64,000 nt of DNA from an uncultured Actinomycetota bacterium (GCA_963839955.1 CAWIXB010000001.1:1154826-1218825); one strand, 5' to 3'; shown: positions 1 to 11,004, numbered from the stretch's first letter. Made by a program: numbers and translations. The notes: generated from the sequence alone by a model not told the origin.

Positions 1-2
1 TG

Positions 3-1250
3 CTGCCCGCGCTGCTCAGCGTCCTCGGGCACCGGGTCAACTCGCTGCGCGTGCCCCGGCCGTGGCGCCGGCGTCGGCAGGCCGGCACGGACGTCTCGGC
101 CGCCGACCTGCAGGGGACATGGGCCCGAGTCGCGCGCAGCGTGATGCGCCGTCCGGTCCTCTACGTCGCCGCGATCGTGCCGGTGCTGCTGCTGGCCGGC
201 TCGCCTTTCCTCGGCGTCGAGTTCGGGGGCGTCGACCACCGAGCGCTGCCCGAGGGCACCGAGAGCCGGGTGGTCTCCGAGCGCCTGCTGAGCGAGTTCC
301 CGTCCGGCGGGACGACCACGGTCGATCCAGTGGTGACCTTCGCCGACGGCGAGGTCAGCGACGCCGACCGTGCGGAGCTCTCGTCGTACGTCGACCGCCT
401 GCGCGACCTGCCCGGTGTCACCTCGGCCGACGTGGTCGACGAGAACGGCGGGACGGCGCTCGTCGCGGTGCGGCACGGCTACGAGGGCATCTCGCCGGAG
501 GCGCGCGACCTGGTGGGCGAGATCCGCGACGTTCCCGCGCCGACCGGTGCCGAGGTGCTCGTCGGCGGCCGGGCTGCCGAGCTGAGCGACCTGCTGTCGA
601 GCCTCGGTTCGACACTGCCCTGGATGGGACTGTTCGTCGTCGGCGTCACGCTCGTGCTGCTCTTCCTGGCCTTCGGGTCGGTCGTGCTGCCGGTCAAGGC
701 CGTGCTGACCAACGTGCTCTCGCTCACGGCGTCGTTCGGTGCACTCGTGTGGATCTTCCAGGACGGACACCTCTCCGGTCTGCTCGGCTTCACGTCGACC
801 GGCTTCATCGAGGCCACCCAGCCGATCCTGATGCTGGCGTTGGCATTCGGGCTCTCGATGGACTACGAGGTGTTCCTGCTGTCGCGGGTCCGCGAGCAGT
901 GGGACGCGACCGGCGACAACACCGCGGCCGTCGCGGGCGGGTTGCAGCGCACCGGCCGGATCATCACCAGCGCCGCCTTGCTACTCGTCGTGGTGATCGG
1001 CGCGTTCGCGACGTCGGGCATCGTGTTCATCAAGATGATCGGCGTCGGCATGATCATCGCGATCGTCATCGACGCCACGATCGTCCGTGCGTTGCTGGTG
1101 CCCGCGGCCATGCGCCTGCTCGGGCGGCGGAACTGGTGGGCGCCCGCACCGCTGGCCCGCTTCTGGGTGCGGCACGGCCTCCGCGAGCACGACGACTACG
1201 CGGTCGTTCCGGCCCAGCCGGACCGGGAGCGGGACAGGGTCGATGTCTGA
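3..1250 (+). CDS. MMPL/RND-superfamily membrane transporter, C-terminal portion; the 5' end lies upstream of the window
   Basis: The frame is open from nt 3. Multiple hydrophobic TM segments and a second periplasmic-loop region typical of MMPL proteins; stop at 1250. Confidence 0.75.
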   Translation: MPALLSVLGHRVNSLRVPRPWRRRRQAGTDVSAADLQGTWARVARSVMRRPVLYVAAIVPVLLLAGSPFLGVEFGGVDHRALPEGTESRVVSERLLSEFPSGGTTTVDPVVTFADGEVSDADRAELSSYVDRLRDLPGVTSADVVDENGGTALVAVRHGYEGISPEARDLVGEIRDVPAPTGAEVLVGGRAAELSDLLSSLGSTLPWMGLFVVGVTLVLLFLAFGSVVLPVKAVLTNVLSLTASFGALVWIFQDGHLSGLLGFTSTGFIEATQPILMLALAFGLSMDYEVFLLSRVREQWDATGDNTAAVAGGLQRTGRIITSAALLLVVVIGAFATSGIVFIKMIGVGMIIAIVIDATIVRALLVPAAMRLLGRRNWWAPAPLARFWVRHGLREHDDYAVVPAQPDRERDRVDV

Positions 1251-1268
1251 GGGCGGACGTATCGTGAC

Positions 1269-1754
1269 GTGATGCCCGCCAAGCAGCAGCTCACGTTTCC
1301 GGAGGGAACCTCCGACGAGCGTGAGCTGCTGCTGCGTTGGCTCGACTTCCTGCGCGGTGCTGTCCTCCGCAAGATCGACGGGCTGACCGACGACCAGGCG
1401 AGGTGGACGCCCGACGGCGCGCTGATCTCCGTCATCGGTGTGGTCAGCCACCTCACGCACGTCGAGTGGAGGTGGATCGACGGCGGCATGCGGGGGGAGC
1501 AGGTCCACCGGAGCGAGGAGGAGTTCGCGCCGGGCGAGGAGCTCACCGTGGCCGCGGCGGTCGCCGCCTACCGCGAGCGGGCCGCTGCAACCGACGGCTG
1601 GGTCCGGTCCGGCCCGCCCCTCACCGAGCCCTGCAGGGCCGAGGAGGGCGCAGACCTCCGGTGGGTCCTTCTCCACCTGATCAACGAGACGGCGCGACAC
1701 GCCGGCCACGCCGACGCGACGCGGGAGCTCCTCGACGGCACCACTGGGGAGTGA
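1269..1754 (+). CDS. DinB-like/DUF664 family protein (four-helix-bundle metal-binding fold)
   Basis: 161 aa. The HLTHVEW...HAGHAD His-rich pattern is typical of DinB/DUF664 proteins. Tightly packed after the MMPL gene. Confidence 0.6.
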   Translation: MMPAKQQLTFPEGTSDERELLLRWLDFLRGAVLRKIDGLTDDQARWTPDGALISVIGVVSHLTHVEWRWIDGGMRGEQVHRSEEEFAPGEELTVAAAVAAYRERAAATDGWVRSGPPLTEPCRAEEGADLRWVLLHLINETARHAGHADATRELLDGTTGE

Positions 1755-1780
1755 GCGGTGTACGGGAGACTGATGGGGTG

Positions 1781-3016
1781 AGCCAGCGCCGCGACATCGT
1801 GATCCTGGGGTCGACCGGCTCGGTCGGCACCCAGGCACTCGACGTCGTGCGTCGCAACCCGGACGCCTTCCGGGTGGTCGGGCTCGCCGCCGGGGGCGGC
1901 AACGTCGAGCTGCTGGCGCGGCAGGCTCTCGACCTGCAGGTCGAGGTCGTCGCGGTCGCCCGGGCCAGCGCCGCCCAGGACCTCCAGCTGGCGTTCTACG
2001 CCGCGGCGCAGGCCGGCGGCTACAGCGCGGGTGACCATCCGGTGCCGCGCATCCTCGCGGGTCCCGACGCCGCCGCCGAACTGGCCGGCTCGCTGCCCTG
2101 CGACACCGTGCTGAACGCGATGACCGGCTCGATCGGCCTCGCGCCGACGCTCGCTGCACTGGCCGCCGGACGGACCCTGGCTCTGGCGAACAAGGAGTCG
2201 CTGATCGCCGGCGGCCCGCTGGTCAAGGCCGCGCTGCGCCGTCCCGACCAGCTGGTGCCCGTCGACTCCGAGCACTCGGCGCTCGCCCAGTGCCTGCGGG
2301 GCGGCAGCAGGGCGGAGGTACGCCGGCTGGTGCTGACAGCGAGCGGCGGCCCGTTCCTTGGCCGACGCCGCGACGAGCTCGCCGGCGTCACCGTCGAGGA
2401 GGCTCTCGCCCACCCGACGTGGGACATGGGACCCGTGGTCACCATCAACTCCGCCACCCTGGTCAACAAGGCGCTCGAGGTCATCGAGGCACACCTGCTC
2501 TTCGACGTCCCGTTCGCGCGCATCGACGTCGTGGTCCACCCCCAGTCGATCGTCCACTCGATGGTGGAGTTCACCGACGGGTCCACGCTCGCCCAGGCCA
2601 GTCCCCCCGACATGCGCCTGCCGATCGCGCTCGCGCTCGGCTGGCCCGACCGGGTGCCCGGCGCGGCGGCCGGGTGCGACTGGGGCGCCGCCCAGTCCTG
2701 GGAGTTCCTGCCCCTCGACCATGACGCCTTCCCCGCTGTGCGCCTGGCTCACCGCGCGGGGGAGGCGGGCGGCACGGCGCCCGCCGTCTTCAACGCGGCC
2801 AACGAGGAGTGCGTCGAGGCCTTCCGCAAGGCTCGGCTGCCGTTCACCGGCATCGTCGACACGCTCGCGGCCGTCGTGGACGAGCACTTGCGGTCGGGGG
2901 TTGGGAACCCCTCGACGGTTGCCGATGTTCTGGAAGCAGAGACCTGGGCGCGTTCTCGCGCTCAGGAGCTCGCAGCGACCCCGACTGCCCCCTCTTCCAG
3001 GAGCACCACCTCATGA
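1781..3016 (+). CDS. dxr: 1-deoxy-D-xylulose 5-phosphate reductoisomerase
   Basis: N-terminal [20 protein letters not shown]-binding motif; LANKESLI and [18 protein letters not shown]xr signatures. GTG start at 1781 chosen inside the longer 1337 ORF. Confidence 0.9.
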   Translation, partial: SQRRDIVILGSTGSVGTQALDVVRRNPDAFRVVGLAAGGGNVELLARQALDLQVEVVAVARASAAQDLQLAFYAAAQAGGYSAGDHPVPRILAGPDAAAELAGSLPCDTVLNAMTGSIGLAPTLAALAAGRTLALANKESLIAGGPLVKAALRRPDQLVPVDSEHSALAQCLRGGSRAEVRRLVLTASGGPFLGRRRDELAGVTVEEALAHPTWDMGPVVTINSATLVNKALEVIEAHLLFDVPFARIDVVVHPQSIVHSMVEFTDGSTLAQASPPDMRLPIALALGWPDRVPGAAAGCDWGAAQSWEFLPLDHDAFPAVRLAHRAGEAGGTAPAVFNAANEECVEAFRKARLPFTGIVDTLAAVVDEHLRSGVGNPSTVADVLEAETWARSRAQELAATPTAPSSRSTTS

Positions 3017-4272
3017 CGTTCTGGCTCGGCGTGACGCTCTTCGCGGTCGGCCTGTTCGTCTCGATCTGCCTCCACGAAGCCGGCCACATGTACACCGCCA
3101 AGCGGTTCGGCATGAAGGTCACGCAGTACTTCGCCGGCTTCGGCCCAACCCTCTGGTCGTTCAGGCGGGGTGAGACGGAGTACGGCGTCAAGGCCGTCCC
3201 GGCCGGCGGCTTCGTCAAGATCGTCGGGATGACTCCGCTGGAGGACGTCGCGCCGTCGGACAGCGGGCGGGCGTTCTGGCGCTTCCCCCTCTGGCAGCGC
3301 ACCATCGTGCTCGTCGCGGGCTCGGCCATGCATTTCGTGCTCGCCCTCTTCATCTTCTTCGTGATGGCCCTCACGACCGGCCTGCCCAACCCCGAGCTGC
3401 GCAACTTCGACGCGCGGACCGCTCCGCCGGTGATCGGCGAGGTGTCCGAGTGCGTCGTCCCAGGCTGGGACCTCACCAAGAACGGCGAGCTGCGGGCGTG
3501 CAAGGCGGATGACCCGGTCGCCCCGGCGCGGGCCGCGGGGCTCCAGCCCGGTGACCGGGTGGAATCCGTCGACGGCACCGCGATCACGACGTACGGCGAT
3601 CTCTTCGACACCGTGCGCGCCTCACCGCCCGGTCCGGCGGAGGTCGTGTACGTGCGCGACGGCGAGCGGCGTACGGCAACGGCCGACCTGGTCGCGACCG
3701 AACGTCCCGACGCCAAGGACACCTCGGCGACCGGGCCACTGCAGACCGTCTCGGCCATCGGCGTCTCGCCCGAGACGCCGAGGCCGATCCTGCACTACTC
3801 GGCCGTCCCGGCGGTGGGGGCCGCGGTCTGGTACTCCGGCGTCGTGGTCGACCAGACCTTCGAGGCGGTCGCCAAGTTCCCGTCCAAGATTCCGAAGCTG
3901 GTCGACGCCATCGGGGGAGAGGAACGCGACGCCGAGACCCCGATCAGCGTCGTGGGGGCGAGCCGGATCGGTGGCGAGGCCATCGAGCTGGGCCTGCCGA
4001 TCATCTTCCTGGCCGCGCTGGGCGGGCTGAACATCTTCATCGGGGTGTTCAACCTGTTCCCGCTGCTGCCCCTCGACGGCGGTCATGTGGCGATCGCCTG
4101 GTTCGAGAAGGTGCGCTCGTGGCTGGCGGCACGGCGCGGCCGGCCCGACCCCGGCCGGGTCGACTACAACAAGCTGCTGCCGGTCACCTATCTCGTGATC
4201 CTGCTCTTCGGTGGGCTGACCCTGCTCACGCTCACCGCCGACATCGTGAACCCGATCCGCCTCACGCCCTGA
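3013..4272 (+). CDS. rseP: RIP zinc metalloprotease (site-2 protease, RseP/Rip1 family) with PDZ domain
   Basis: [13 protein letters not shown]xxH motif in TM1, central PDZ-like region, C-terminal LDGG motif. The ATG overlaps the dxr stop (ATGA). Confidence 0.88.
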   Translation: MTFWLGVTLFAVGLFVSICLHEAGHMYTAKRFGMKVTQYFAGFGPTLWSFRRGETEYGVKAVPAGGFVKIVGMTPLEDVAPSDSGRAFWRFPLWQRTIVLVAGSAMHFVLALFIFFVMALTTGLPNPELRNFDARTAPPVIGEVSECVVPGWDLTKNGELRACKADDPVAPARAAGLQPGDRVESVDGTAITTYGDLFDTVRASPPGPAEVVYVRDGERRTATADLVATERPDAKDTSATGPLQTVSAIGVSPETPRPILHYSAVPAVGAAVWYSGVVVDQTFEAVAKFPSKIPKLVDAIGGEERDAETPISVVGASRIGGEAIELGLPIIFLAALGGLNIFIGVFNLFPLLPLDGGHVAIAWFEKVRSWLAARRGRPDPGRVDYNKLLPVTYLVILLFGGLTLLTLTADIVNPIRLTP

Positions 4273-4286
4273 GTGATACTGGAGTT

Positions 4287-5441
4287 ATGACAGTCAGCCT
4301 CGGCATGCCCGAGATCCCCAACCGCCCGCTCGCCGAGCGACGCAAGTCGCGGCAGATCGACGTGGGTGGGGTGCTGGTCGGTGGCGACGCTCCCGTCTCG
4401 GTGCAGTCGATGACGACCACCCCGACGACCGACATCAACGCGACGCTGCAGCAGATCGCCGAGCTGACCGCCACCGGCTGCCAGATCGTGCGGGTTGCCT
4501 GCCCCAGCCAGGACGACGCAGAGGCCCTCCCGGTGATCGCGAAGAAGTCGCAGATACCGGTCATTGCCGACATCCACTTCCAGCCCAAGTACGTGTTCGC
4601 CGCCATCGACGCCGGCTGCGCCGCCGTACGGGTGAACCCCGGCAACATCAAGGCCTTCGACGACAAGGTCAAGGAGATCGCGAAGGCGGCCGGTGACGCC
4701 GGCGTACCGATCCGCATCGGGGTGAACGCCGGCAGCCTCGACAAGCGGCTCCTCGCCAAGCACGGCAAGGCGACGCCCGAGGCGCTGGTCGAGTCGGCGC
4801 TCTGGGAGTGCTCGCTGTTCGAGGAGCACGGGTTCCGCGACATCAAGATCTCGGTGAAGCACAACGACCCCGTCGTGATGGTCAACGCCTATCGGCTGTT
4901 GGCCCAGCAGTGCGACTACCCGCTGCACCTCGGCGTCACCGAGGCGGGCCCGACGTTTCAGGGCACCATCAAGTCGGCGGTGGCGTTCGGGGCCCTGCTG
5001 GCCGAGGGCATCGGTGACACGATCCGCGTCTCGCTGTCCGCGCCACCCGTCGAGGAGGTCAAGGTCGGCAACCAGATCCTCGAGTCGCTCGGCCTCAAGC
5101 AGCGCGGTCTCGAGATCGTGTCGTGCCCGTCGTGCGGGCGCGCCCAGGTCGACGTCTACACCCTCGCCGACCAGGTGACCGCAGGTCTGGAGGGACTGAC
5201 GGTGCCGTTGCGCGTCGCGGTCATGGGCTGCGTCGTCAACGGCCCGGGCGAGGCCCGCGAGGCCGACCTCGGCGTGGCCTCCGGCAACGGCAAGGGCCAG
5301 ATCTTCGTCAAGGGTCAGGTGATCAAAACGGTTCCCGAGTCGCAGATCGTCGAGACACTCATCGAAGAAGCGATGCGGATAGCCGAGGACATGGAAGCCG
5401 AAGGCGTAGCCTCAGGCGCACCCGCGATCAACGTGGGCTGA
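4287..5441 (+). CDS. ispG: 4-hydroxy-3-methylbut-2-enyl diphosphate synthase (flavodoxin)
   Basis: VSVQSMTTT..., IVRVACP, the [11 protein letters not shown]ys cluster and [10 protein letters not shown] are characteristic GcpE/IspG motifs. The dxr-rseP-ispG order is conserved in actinobacteria. Confidence 0.92.
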   Translation: MTVSLGMPEIPNRPLAERRKSRQIDVGGVLVGGDAPVSVQSMTTTPTTDINATLQQIAELTATGCQIVRVACPSQDDAEALPVIAKKSQIPVIADIHFQPKYVFAAIDAGCAAVRVNPGNIKAFDDKVKEIAKAAGDAGVPIRIGVNAGSLDKRLLAKHGKATPEALVESALWECSLFEEHGFRDIKISVKHNDPVVMVNAYRLLAQQCDYPLHLGVTEAGPTFQGTIKSAVAFGALLAEGIGDTIRVSLSAPPVEEVKVGNQILESLGLKQRGLEIVSCPSCGRAQVDVYTLADQVTAGLEGLTVPLRVAVMGCVVNGPGEAREADLGVASGNGKGQIFVKGQVIKTVPESQIVETLIEEAMRIAEDMEAEGVASGAPAINVG

Positions 5442-5467
5442 CCACGCAACGAGGCAGGGAGACGCGT

Positions 5468-6310
5468 GTGCTCCGGACGTCGTCGCTGCGTGTACTCCGC
5501 GGAGACGACCTCCCGGCCGTGACCGCGCTGCTCGACCGTGACCCTGTTTCCAACGTCTTCGTCTCCGCTCGCATCGAGGCGCTCGGGCTCGACCAGAGTC
5601 GCCTCGGCGCGCAGATGTGGGGCCACGTCGTCGACGGGCGAGTGATGGCGGTCTGCCACGCGGGCGCGAACCTGATTCCGGCGGCGGCCGACGGCGACGC
5701 GGTGCGCGCGTTCGCCGACCGCGCCAAGCGCCAGGGTCGTCGCTGCGCGTCCATCGTCGGCCCGCGCGCCGCTGTCGACGCGCTCTGGGAACGCCTCGAG
5801 CCGGCGTGGGGACCGGCCCGCGACGTACGCGAACGGCAGCCGCTGCTGGCGGCGTCCGCACCGTCGCGGGTCCCGGCCGATCCTGGCGTACGACGGGTGC
5901 GGCCCGACGAGATCGACATCCTGCTGCCGGCGTGCATCGCCATGTTCACCGAGGAGGTCGGAGTCTCGCCGGTCGGCAGCGACGGAGGCACGGCGTACCG
6001 AAGCCGGGTGGGCGAGCTGATCGCGGCGGGCCGGTCGTTCGCCCGCATCGACGACGGCCGGGTGATCTTCAAGGCCGAGATCGGGTCGGCGACCAGCCGC
6101 GCGTGCCAGGTGCAGGGCGTCTGGGTCGACCCCGAGCTGCGCGGACAGGGCCTGTCCGTCGGCGGCATGGCGGCGGTCGTGGACATGGCCCTGCAGGACG
6201 TCGCGCCGACCGTGAGCCTCTACGTCAACGACTTCAACGCGGCGGCGCTCGCTGCCTACCGCCACGTCGGCTTCGAGGACCGGGGCACGTTCATGTCGGT
6301 GCTGTTCTAG
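5468..6310 (+). CDS. GNAT-family N-acetyltransferase (conserved partner of ispG in actinobacteria, Rv2867c-like)
   Basis: C-terminal GNAT motif VQGVWVDPELRGQGLSVGGMAAVV. Position immediately after ispG. GTG start is in the 5123 ORF frame. Confidence 0.75.
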   Translation: MLRTSSLRVLRGDDLPAVTALLDRDPVSNVFVSARIEALGLDQSRLGAQMWGHVVDGRVMAVCHAGANLIPAAADGDAVRAFADRAKRQGRRCASIVGPRAAVDALWERLEPAWGPARDVRERQPLLAASAPSRVPADPGVRRVRPDEIDILLPACIAMFTEEVGVSPVGSDGGTAYRSRVGELIAAGRSFARIDDGRVIFKAEIGSATSRACQVQGVWVDPELRGQGLSVGGMAAVVDMALQDVAPTVSLYVNDFNAAALAAYRHVGFEDRGTFMSVLF

Positions 6311-6329
6311 GCGCGCTCGATTTCTCCGG

Positions 6330-6411
6330 CCTGTGGATACGTTTCCGCGGAAACGCTCTGGTGCGGCCGTCCACGGCTGAACCCCTGTGGATACGTTTCC
6401 GCGGAAACGCT
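6330..6411. repeat. Two perfect copies of a 28-bp direct repeat (cctgtggatacgtttccgcggaaacgct) with 54-bp period, each containing the perfect 16-bp palindrome cgtttccgcggaaacg
   Basis: The copies at 6330-6357 and 6384-6411 are identical 28/28. The palindromes are at 6340-6355 and 6394-6409. Copy 2 is followed by cttttg. Confidence 0.9.
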
Positions 6412-6474
6412 TTTGCCTGGCTCGTCGGATCCGCGCGCCGTCGTTCTGTCGGAGGTGCGCCGTAGCGTCCGGTC

Positions 6475-7968
6475 ATGACGAACACTCTTGAGGCCGACAG
6501 CGCAATCCCTGACCTCGTTGCCGACCGCCCCGTTGCCGAAGGGCCTCCCGTCGACACGGCGGTTGCCCACACCCTGTCGGTGGCCGAGCTCGAGGACCAG
6601 CTCTGCACGTTGTACGGACAGCTTGCGGCGGGTGAGGCCGAGTTCCTCAGGCTGCTCGCGGAGTTCGACGAACGCGAGGGCTGGGGTGGCTGGGGCGTTC
6701 GCTCGTGCGCGCACTGGCTGTCCTTGCGGTGCGGCATGCGTCTCGGTGCTGCCCGGGAACGCGTGCGAGTGGCCAAGGCGCTGACCAGGCTCCCGTTGGT
6801 CCGGTCCACGTTCGCCGCGGGTCAGCTGTCCTACTGCAAGGTCCGCGCGCTGACCCGGGTGGCGACGACGGCGACGGAGGCCGATCTCGTCGAGGTCGCT
6901 CGTGGCGCGACCGGCGCCCAGCTCGAACGCATCGTGCGCACCTGGGCGGCCTTGCTGACACCGGAGATGTCCGCCTCTCGGAACCTTCGCCGAAGTTGCA
7001 CGCGCCGTGAGCAACCTGACGGGTCGGTCATCTTCACCGTTCGCCTCGCTCCCGAGGACGCCGCGGTGCTCGACTCTGCCATCGCCGCCGCCCGCGCGGT
7101 CACCGACGACGAGCAGGGACAGCCTCGCGAGACTCCGGAAGAGAAGCAGCTCGCCGCCGAGCTCACCGTCGAACCGCCCTTTGTCCGCGCCACGGCTGAT
7201 GCGGTCGTCCTGCTCGCCGAGAGCTTCCTGACCCCCTCCGCCGTCGCTGGCGACGCCGCCGGCGCCGAGCCCCGGATCGTGGTGCACGCCGACGCCGACT
7301 GGCTCCTTGCCGACCCAGACGTGACCGCGGACCCAGCTGCCCCAACGACCCCGCCGTTCCCCGTTGCTGCCCCGCCGACCGTGGAACTCCAAGCCAGGGC
7401 ACTGCCGACGCAGCGAGCGCACGTCGACGGTGGTCCGCCGTTGTCGCGTGCCGTCGTGCTGCGCCTGCTCTGCGAGGCTTCCGTCGCGGTGATGACGCAC
7501 GCCGCGGACGGGCAACCGCTCGATCTCGGCCGCACCCGCCGCAACGCCAGCGCGAAGCAGCGAGCAGCCCTGCACGCACGCGACGGAACTTGCCGATTCC
7601 CCGGCTGCACCCAGCGACACCGACTCATCCCGCACCACGTCCGGTGGTGGTCGATGGGCGGACCCACCGACCTCGACAATCTCGTCCTGCTCTGCCGGGC
7701 CCATCACCGAGCCGTGCACGACGTGGGCTACACCATCGCCAGTCGCGGCCGTGGCGACTTCGTGTTCTTCCGGCCCGACGGTCGCCCCCTTCCGCCGCCC
7801 GGTCCGTCCCGACCGTCCTCGCACGACGTCGCCCGCCCCGGCCTGACCCAGGGATGGGACACCGCCGAGCCCATCACCGCCGACACCATCTCCCCGACCT
7901 GGGGTGGTGAACGACTCGACCTACGCATGCTCGTCGACGGCCTGGCGCAGCAATACCTGGCGGCGTAA
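6475..7968 (+). CDS. DUF222 domain protein with C-terminal HNH endonuclease motif (REP13E12-family-like, mobile-element associated)
   Basis: The N-terminal region matches DUF222 (AELEDQLCTLYGQLAAGEAEFLRLLAEFDEREGW...SCAHWLS). The C-terminus has CRFPGC...HHVRWWSMGGPTDLDNLVLLCRAHHRAVH (HNH). It interrupts the otherwise conserved ispG-GNAT / proS neighbourhood. Confidence 0.85.
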   Translation: MTNTLEADSAIPDLVADRPVAEGPPVDTAVAHTLSVAELEDQLCTLYGQLAAGEAEFLRLLAEFDEREGWGGWGVRSCAHWLSLRCGMRLGAARERVRVAKALTRLPLVRSTFAAGQLSYCKVRALTRVATTATEADLVEVARGATGAQLERIVRTWAALLTPEMSASRNLRRSCTRREQPDGSVIFTVRLAPEDAAVLDSAIAAARAVTDDEQGQPRETPEEKQLAAELTVEPPFVRATADAVVLLAESFLTPSAVAGDAAGAEPRIVVHADADWLLADPDVTADPAAPTTPPFPVAAPPTVELQARALPTQRAHVDGGPPLSRAVVLRLLCEASVAVMTHAADGQPLDLGRTRRNASAKQRAALHARDGTCRFPGCTQRHRLIPHHVRWWSMGGPTDLDNLVLLCRAHHRAVHDVGYTIASRGRGDFVFFRPDGRPLPPPGPSRPSSHDVARPGLTQGWDTAEPITADTISPTWGGERLDLRMLVDGLAQQYLAA

Positions 7969-8058
7969 GCCCGGAAACGCCCGCGCCGCCTCGGCGGTCG
8001 GGCGGATATCCTCGCCGGGCGTCGCACCGACGTGACCGAGTGCCCACGAGGAGCTGCT

Positions 8059-9831
8059 GTGCTGCTGCGGATGTCGACCCTGTTCCTGCGCACCCTGCGT
8101 GAGGACCCGGCCGACGCCGAGGTGCCGAGCCACCGGCTGCTGGTGCGCGGCGGCTACATCCGCCGCGCCGCGCCGGGCGGCTACACCTGGCTGCCGCTGG
8201 GCTGGCGGGTCTATCGCAACGTCGAGCGGGTGGTGCGCGAGGAGATGGACCGGATGGGCGCGCAAGAGGTGCACTTCCCGGCGCTGCTGCCGCGCGAGCC
8301 CTACGAGCAGACCGGACGCTGGACCGAGTACGGCGACGACGTGTTCCGGCTCAAGGACCGCAAGGGCGCCGACTTCCTCCTGGGCCCGACCCACGAGGAG
8401 ATGTTCACGCTGCTGGTCAAGGATCTCTACTCGTCGTACAAGGACCTGCCGCTCTGGCTCTACCAGATCCAGACGAAGTTCCGCGACGAGCAGCGGCCCC
8501 GCGCCGGACTGCTGCGCGGCCGCGAGTTCGTCATGAAGGACTCCTACTCCTTCGACATCGACGACGCCGGGCTCGAGAAGTCCTACGCCGCCCACCGCGA
8601 GGCCTACATCCGGACGTTCGACCGGCTCGGGCTCGACTACGTGATCGTGTCGGCCCTGTCCGGTGCGATGGGCGGCTCGAAGAGCGAGGAGTTCCTCACG
8701 CCGGCCGCGGTCGGCGAGGACACCTACGTCCGGTGCACGACGTGTGACTACGCCGCCAATGTCGAGGCCTTGCGCACCCTGGTCCCACCGGTCCAGCCGT
8801 ACGACGACGTCCCCGCGGCGCATGTCGAGGACACACCCGACACCCCGACCATCGAGACCCTTGTCGCGCTGGCCAACAGCCGCGACGACCTGCGTCGTGA
8901 CGACCGCGAGTGGGCCGCCGGCGACACGCTGAAGAACGTTGTGGTCAAGCTCCGCACGCCCGAGGGCAAGACCGAGCTGCTCGCCATCGCCGTGCCTGGC
9001 GACCGTGAGGTCGACGCCAAGCGGCTCGAGGCCGTCGTGCACCCCTCGGTCGTCGAGCCCTTCACCGAGGAGGACTTCGCGGCCACCCCCGGCCTGGTGC
9101 GGGGGTACATCGGGCCGGCTGCTCTCGGCGCCGACAAGCCCGCAGGAGTGCGCTACCTGCTCGACCCACGCGTCGTCGAGGGCACTCGCTGGATCACCGG
9201 CGCCAACGAGCCCGGTCGCCACGTCTTCGACCTGGTGGCCGGCCGCGACTTCACCGGTGACGGCACCATCGAGGCCGCCTCGGTGTTCGAGGGCGACCCC
9301 TGCCCGAACGACGACGGCGGCACCCTGATCACCGCGCGCGGCATCGAGATGGGCCACATCTTTCAGCTCGGCCGCAAGTTCGCCGACGCCCTCGACCTCA
9401 AGGTGCTCGACGAGCACGGCAAGCAGGTCGTGGTGACGATGGGGTCCTACGGCGTCGGCGTCTCGCGCGCCGTCGCAGCGATCGTCGAGTCGACACACGA
9501 CGAGCTCGGGCTCTGCTGGCCGCGCGAGGTGGCACCGGCCGACGTGCACGTCGTAGCGACCGGCAAGGACGCCGCGGTGTTCGACGCGGCGGACGCGCTG
9601 GCCGGAGATCTGGTCGCCTCGGGCCTGACGGTGCTCTACGACGACCGGCGTGGCGTGTCGCCAGGTGTGAAGTTCAAGGACGCGGAGATGCTCGGCATGC
9701 CGACGCTGGTCATCGTGGGCAAGGGGCTCGCCGACGGCGTCATCGAGGTGCGCGACCGGCGTACCGGTGAGCGCACCGACGTGCCCGTCGCCGACGCGGC
9801 GGACCGCGTGCGCGCAGAGTGCGCGCGGTGA
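8059..9831 (+). CDS. proS: Proline--tRNA ligase
   Basis: N-terminus [19 protein letters not shown] is typical of ProRS. Class II aaRS motifs, an editing-domain-sized insertion and a C-terminal anticodon-binding domain are present. GTG 8059 preferred (GAGGA 8 nt upstream); ATG 8071 is the alternative. Confidence 0.9.
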   Translation: MLLRMSTLFLRTLREDPADAEVPSHRLLVRGGYIRRAAPGGYTWLPLGWRVYRNVERVVREEMDRMGAQEVHFPALLPREPYEQTGRWTEYGDDVFRLKDRKGADFLLGPTHEEMFTLLVKDLYSSYKDLPLWLYQIQTKFRDEQRPRAGLLRGREFVMKDSYSFDIDDAGLEKSYAAHREAYIRTFDRLGLDYVIVSALSGAMGGSKSEEFLTPAAVGEDTYVRCTTCDYAANVEALRTLVPPVQPYDDVPAAHVEDTPDTPTIETLVALANSRDDLRRDDREWAAGDTLKNVVVKLRTPEGKTELLAIAVPGDREVDAKRLEAVVHPSVVEPFTEEDFAATPGLVRGYIGPAALGADKPAGVRYLLDPRVVEGTRWITGANEPGRHVFDLVAGRDFTGDGTIEAASVFEGDPCPNDDGGTLITARGIEMGHIFQLGRKFADALDLKVLDEHGKQVVVTMGSYGVGVSRAVAAIVESTHDELGLCWPREVAPADVHVVATGKDAAVFDAADALAGDLVASGLTVLYDDRRGVSPGVKFKDAEMLGMPTLVIVGKGLADGVIEVRDRRTGERTDVPVADAADRVRAECAR

Positions 9832-10556
9832 TGCCCGGGGTCGACGCGGTCATCTTCGACTGGGGCGGCACCCTCACGCCGTGGCACACGATCGACCTGC
9901 GCGAGCAGTGGGCGTCGTACACGCGCGTGCACGACCCGGCCAGGGCTGACGAGCTGGCGGGGCTGCTGCTCGAGGCCGAGAACGAGGCATGGCGCGCGGC
10001 GCGCAAGCATCAGCGCTCAGGCACGCTCGACGACGTGTTCCGGTCGGTGGGCATCGAGCCGTCCGGCCCGGGCCACGAGTCCGCGCTGGCCGCCTACCAC
10101 GAGTTCTGGGCACCGCACACCTACATCGACCCGGACGCGCCTGCGATGCTGGCTGCGCTGCGCGAGCGCGGCGTCAAGGTCGGCGTCCTGTCGAACACGC
10201 TCTGGACCCGCGCCTACCACGAAGAGGTGTTCCGTCGCGACGGCGTCCTCGACCTCATCGAGGGCGCGGTCTACTCCTCGGAGATCCCGTGGACAAAGCC
10301 GCATCCCGAGGCCTTCCGTGCGGCGATGTCATCGCTCGGCGTCGACGACCCGGCGAAGGTTGTCTTCGTCGGCGACCGGCCGTACGACGACGTGCACGGC
10401 GCGAAGGACGTCGGGATGCGCGCGGTGCTCGTGCCCCACAGCGAGATCCCGGTCGACCAGTTGGGCCACGTCGAGGGCGACCCCGACGCCGTGGTGCAGC
10501 GCCTCGGCGACCTGCTCGAGGTCGTTGACCAATGGCGCGCCGTGGCCGGATCCTGA
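9831..10556 (+). CDS. HAD-superfamily hydrolase (phosphatase-like)
   Basis: The DxD-like IFDWGGTL motif I, S/T motif II and K...GDRPYDD motif III/IV are present. The ATG overlaps the proS TGA. Confidence 0.75.
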   Translation: MPGVDAVIFDWGGTLTPWHTIDLREQWASYTRVHDPARADELAGLLLEAENEAWRAARKHQRSGTLDDVFRSVGIEPSGPGHESALAAYHEFWAPHTYIDPDAPAMLAALRERGVKVGVLSNTLWTRAYHEEVFRRDGVLDLIEGAVYSSEIPWTKPHPEAFRAAMSSLGVDDPAKVVFVGDRPYDDVHGAKDVGMRAVLVPHSEIPVDQLGHVEGDPDAVVQRLGDLLEVVDQWRAVAGS

Positions 10557-10569
10557 AGGCGCCCGCGGC

Positions 10570-11004
10570 TCATTGCTGCGCTTCGGGTATCCCCGGAAAC
10601 GGGACGCTGCCGCCGCGCCACGTCGCCGCGCGCACCGCAGTGTCCTGCAGGGAGCGGGCGGCGAGCGCGCGCAGGCCGCCGGTGAGCGAGGCGACCGCAT
10701 CCGCCCACACCGCACCGAGCCGCTCCTCGAGCTCGGTCGCGAGCAATGCCGCGTCGTCGGCGTCACGCACCGGCCGCGGCAGCGCGTACGCCGCCTCCGA
10801 CGGCACGGGCTCGGCTCCGCGACTGCGCACCAGCTCGGCCAGCTGGTCGCGGCGACGCCGATGGGCGGTGATCGCGTTCTCGGCCCGGTCGCGGTCGTCG
10901 CTGCGCAGCCGCGCGCCGACAACGCCGTAGCCGTAGACCGCCGCGTGCTCGCCGGCCAGCACGGTCTGCAAGGTGTCCACCACGGGGCTCTTGGGAGCTG
11001 TCAT
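10570..11004 (-). CDS. Conserved Ala-rich hypothetical protein (Rv2844-like; ferritin-like/DUF4439 domain)
   Basis: 144 aa, protein-like composition. Conserved position between proS and rimP in actinobacteria. Overlaps the upstream lipoprotein gene by ATGA. Confidence 0.55.
   Translation of the reverse strand: MTAPKSPVVDTLQTVLAGEHAAVYGYGVVGARLRSDDRDRAENAITAHRRRRDQLAELVRSRGAEPVPSEAAYALPRPVRDADDAALLATELEERLGAVWADAVASLTGGLRALAARSLQDTAVRAATWRGGSVPFPGIPEAQQ

Noticed and set aside
62-1267. 401-aa plus-strand ORF in an alternative frame over the MMPL gene; similar same-strand alternate-frame ORFs (1337-3016 N-terminal extension, 2358-3173, 39444 extension of rnj, 35565 extension of paaD, 46968 extension of cinA)
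   Set aside because: These are frame-shifted Arg-rich artefacts or upstream in-frame extensions read through the preceding gene. Conserved N-termini and RBS positions support the shorter starts.
6330-6411. Possible CRISPR array
   Set aside because: Only two repeat copies, the 26-bp spacer is shorter than the repeat, and there are no cas genes. Better explained as a tandem terminator/operator or element-end repeat.
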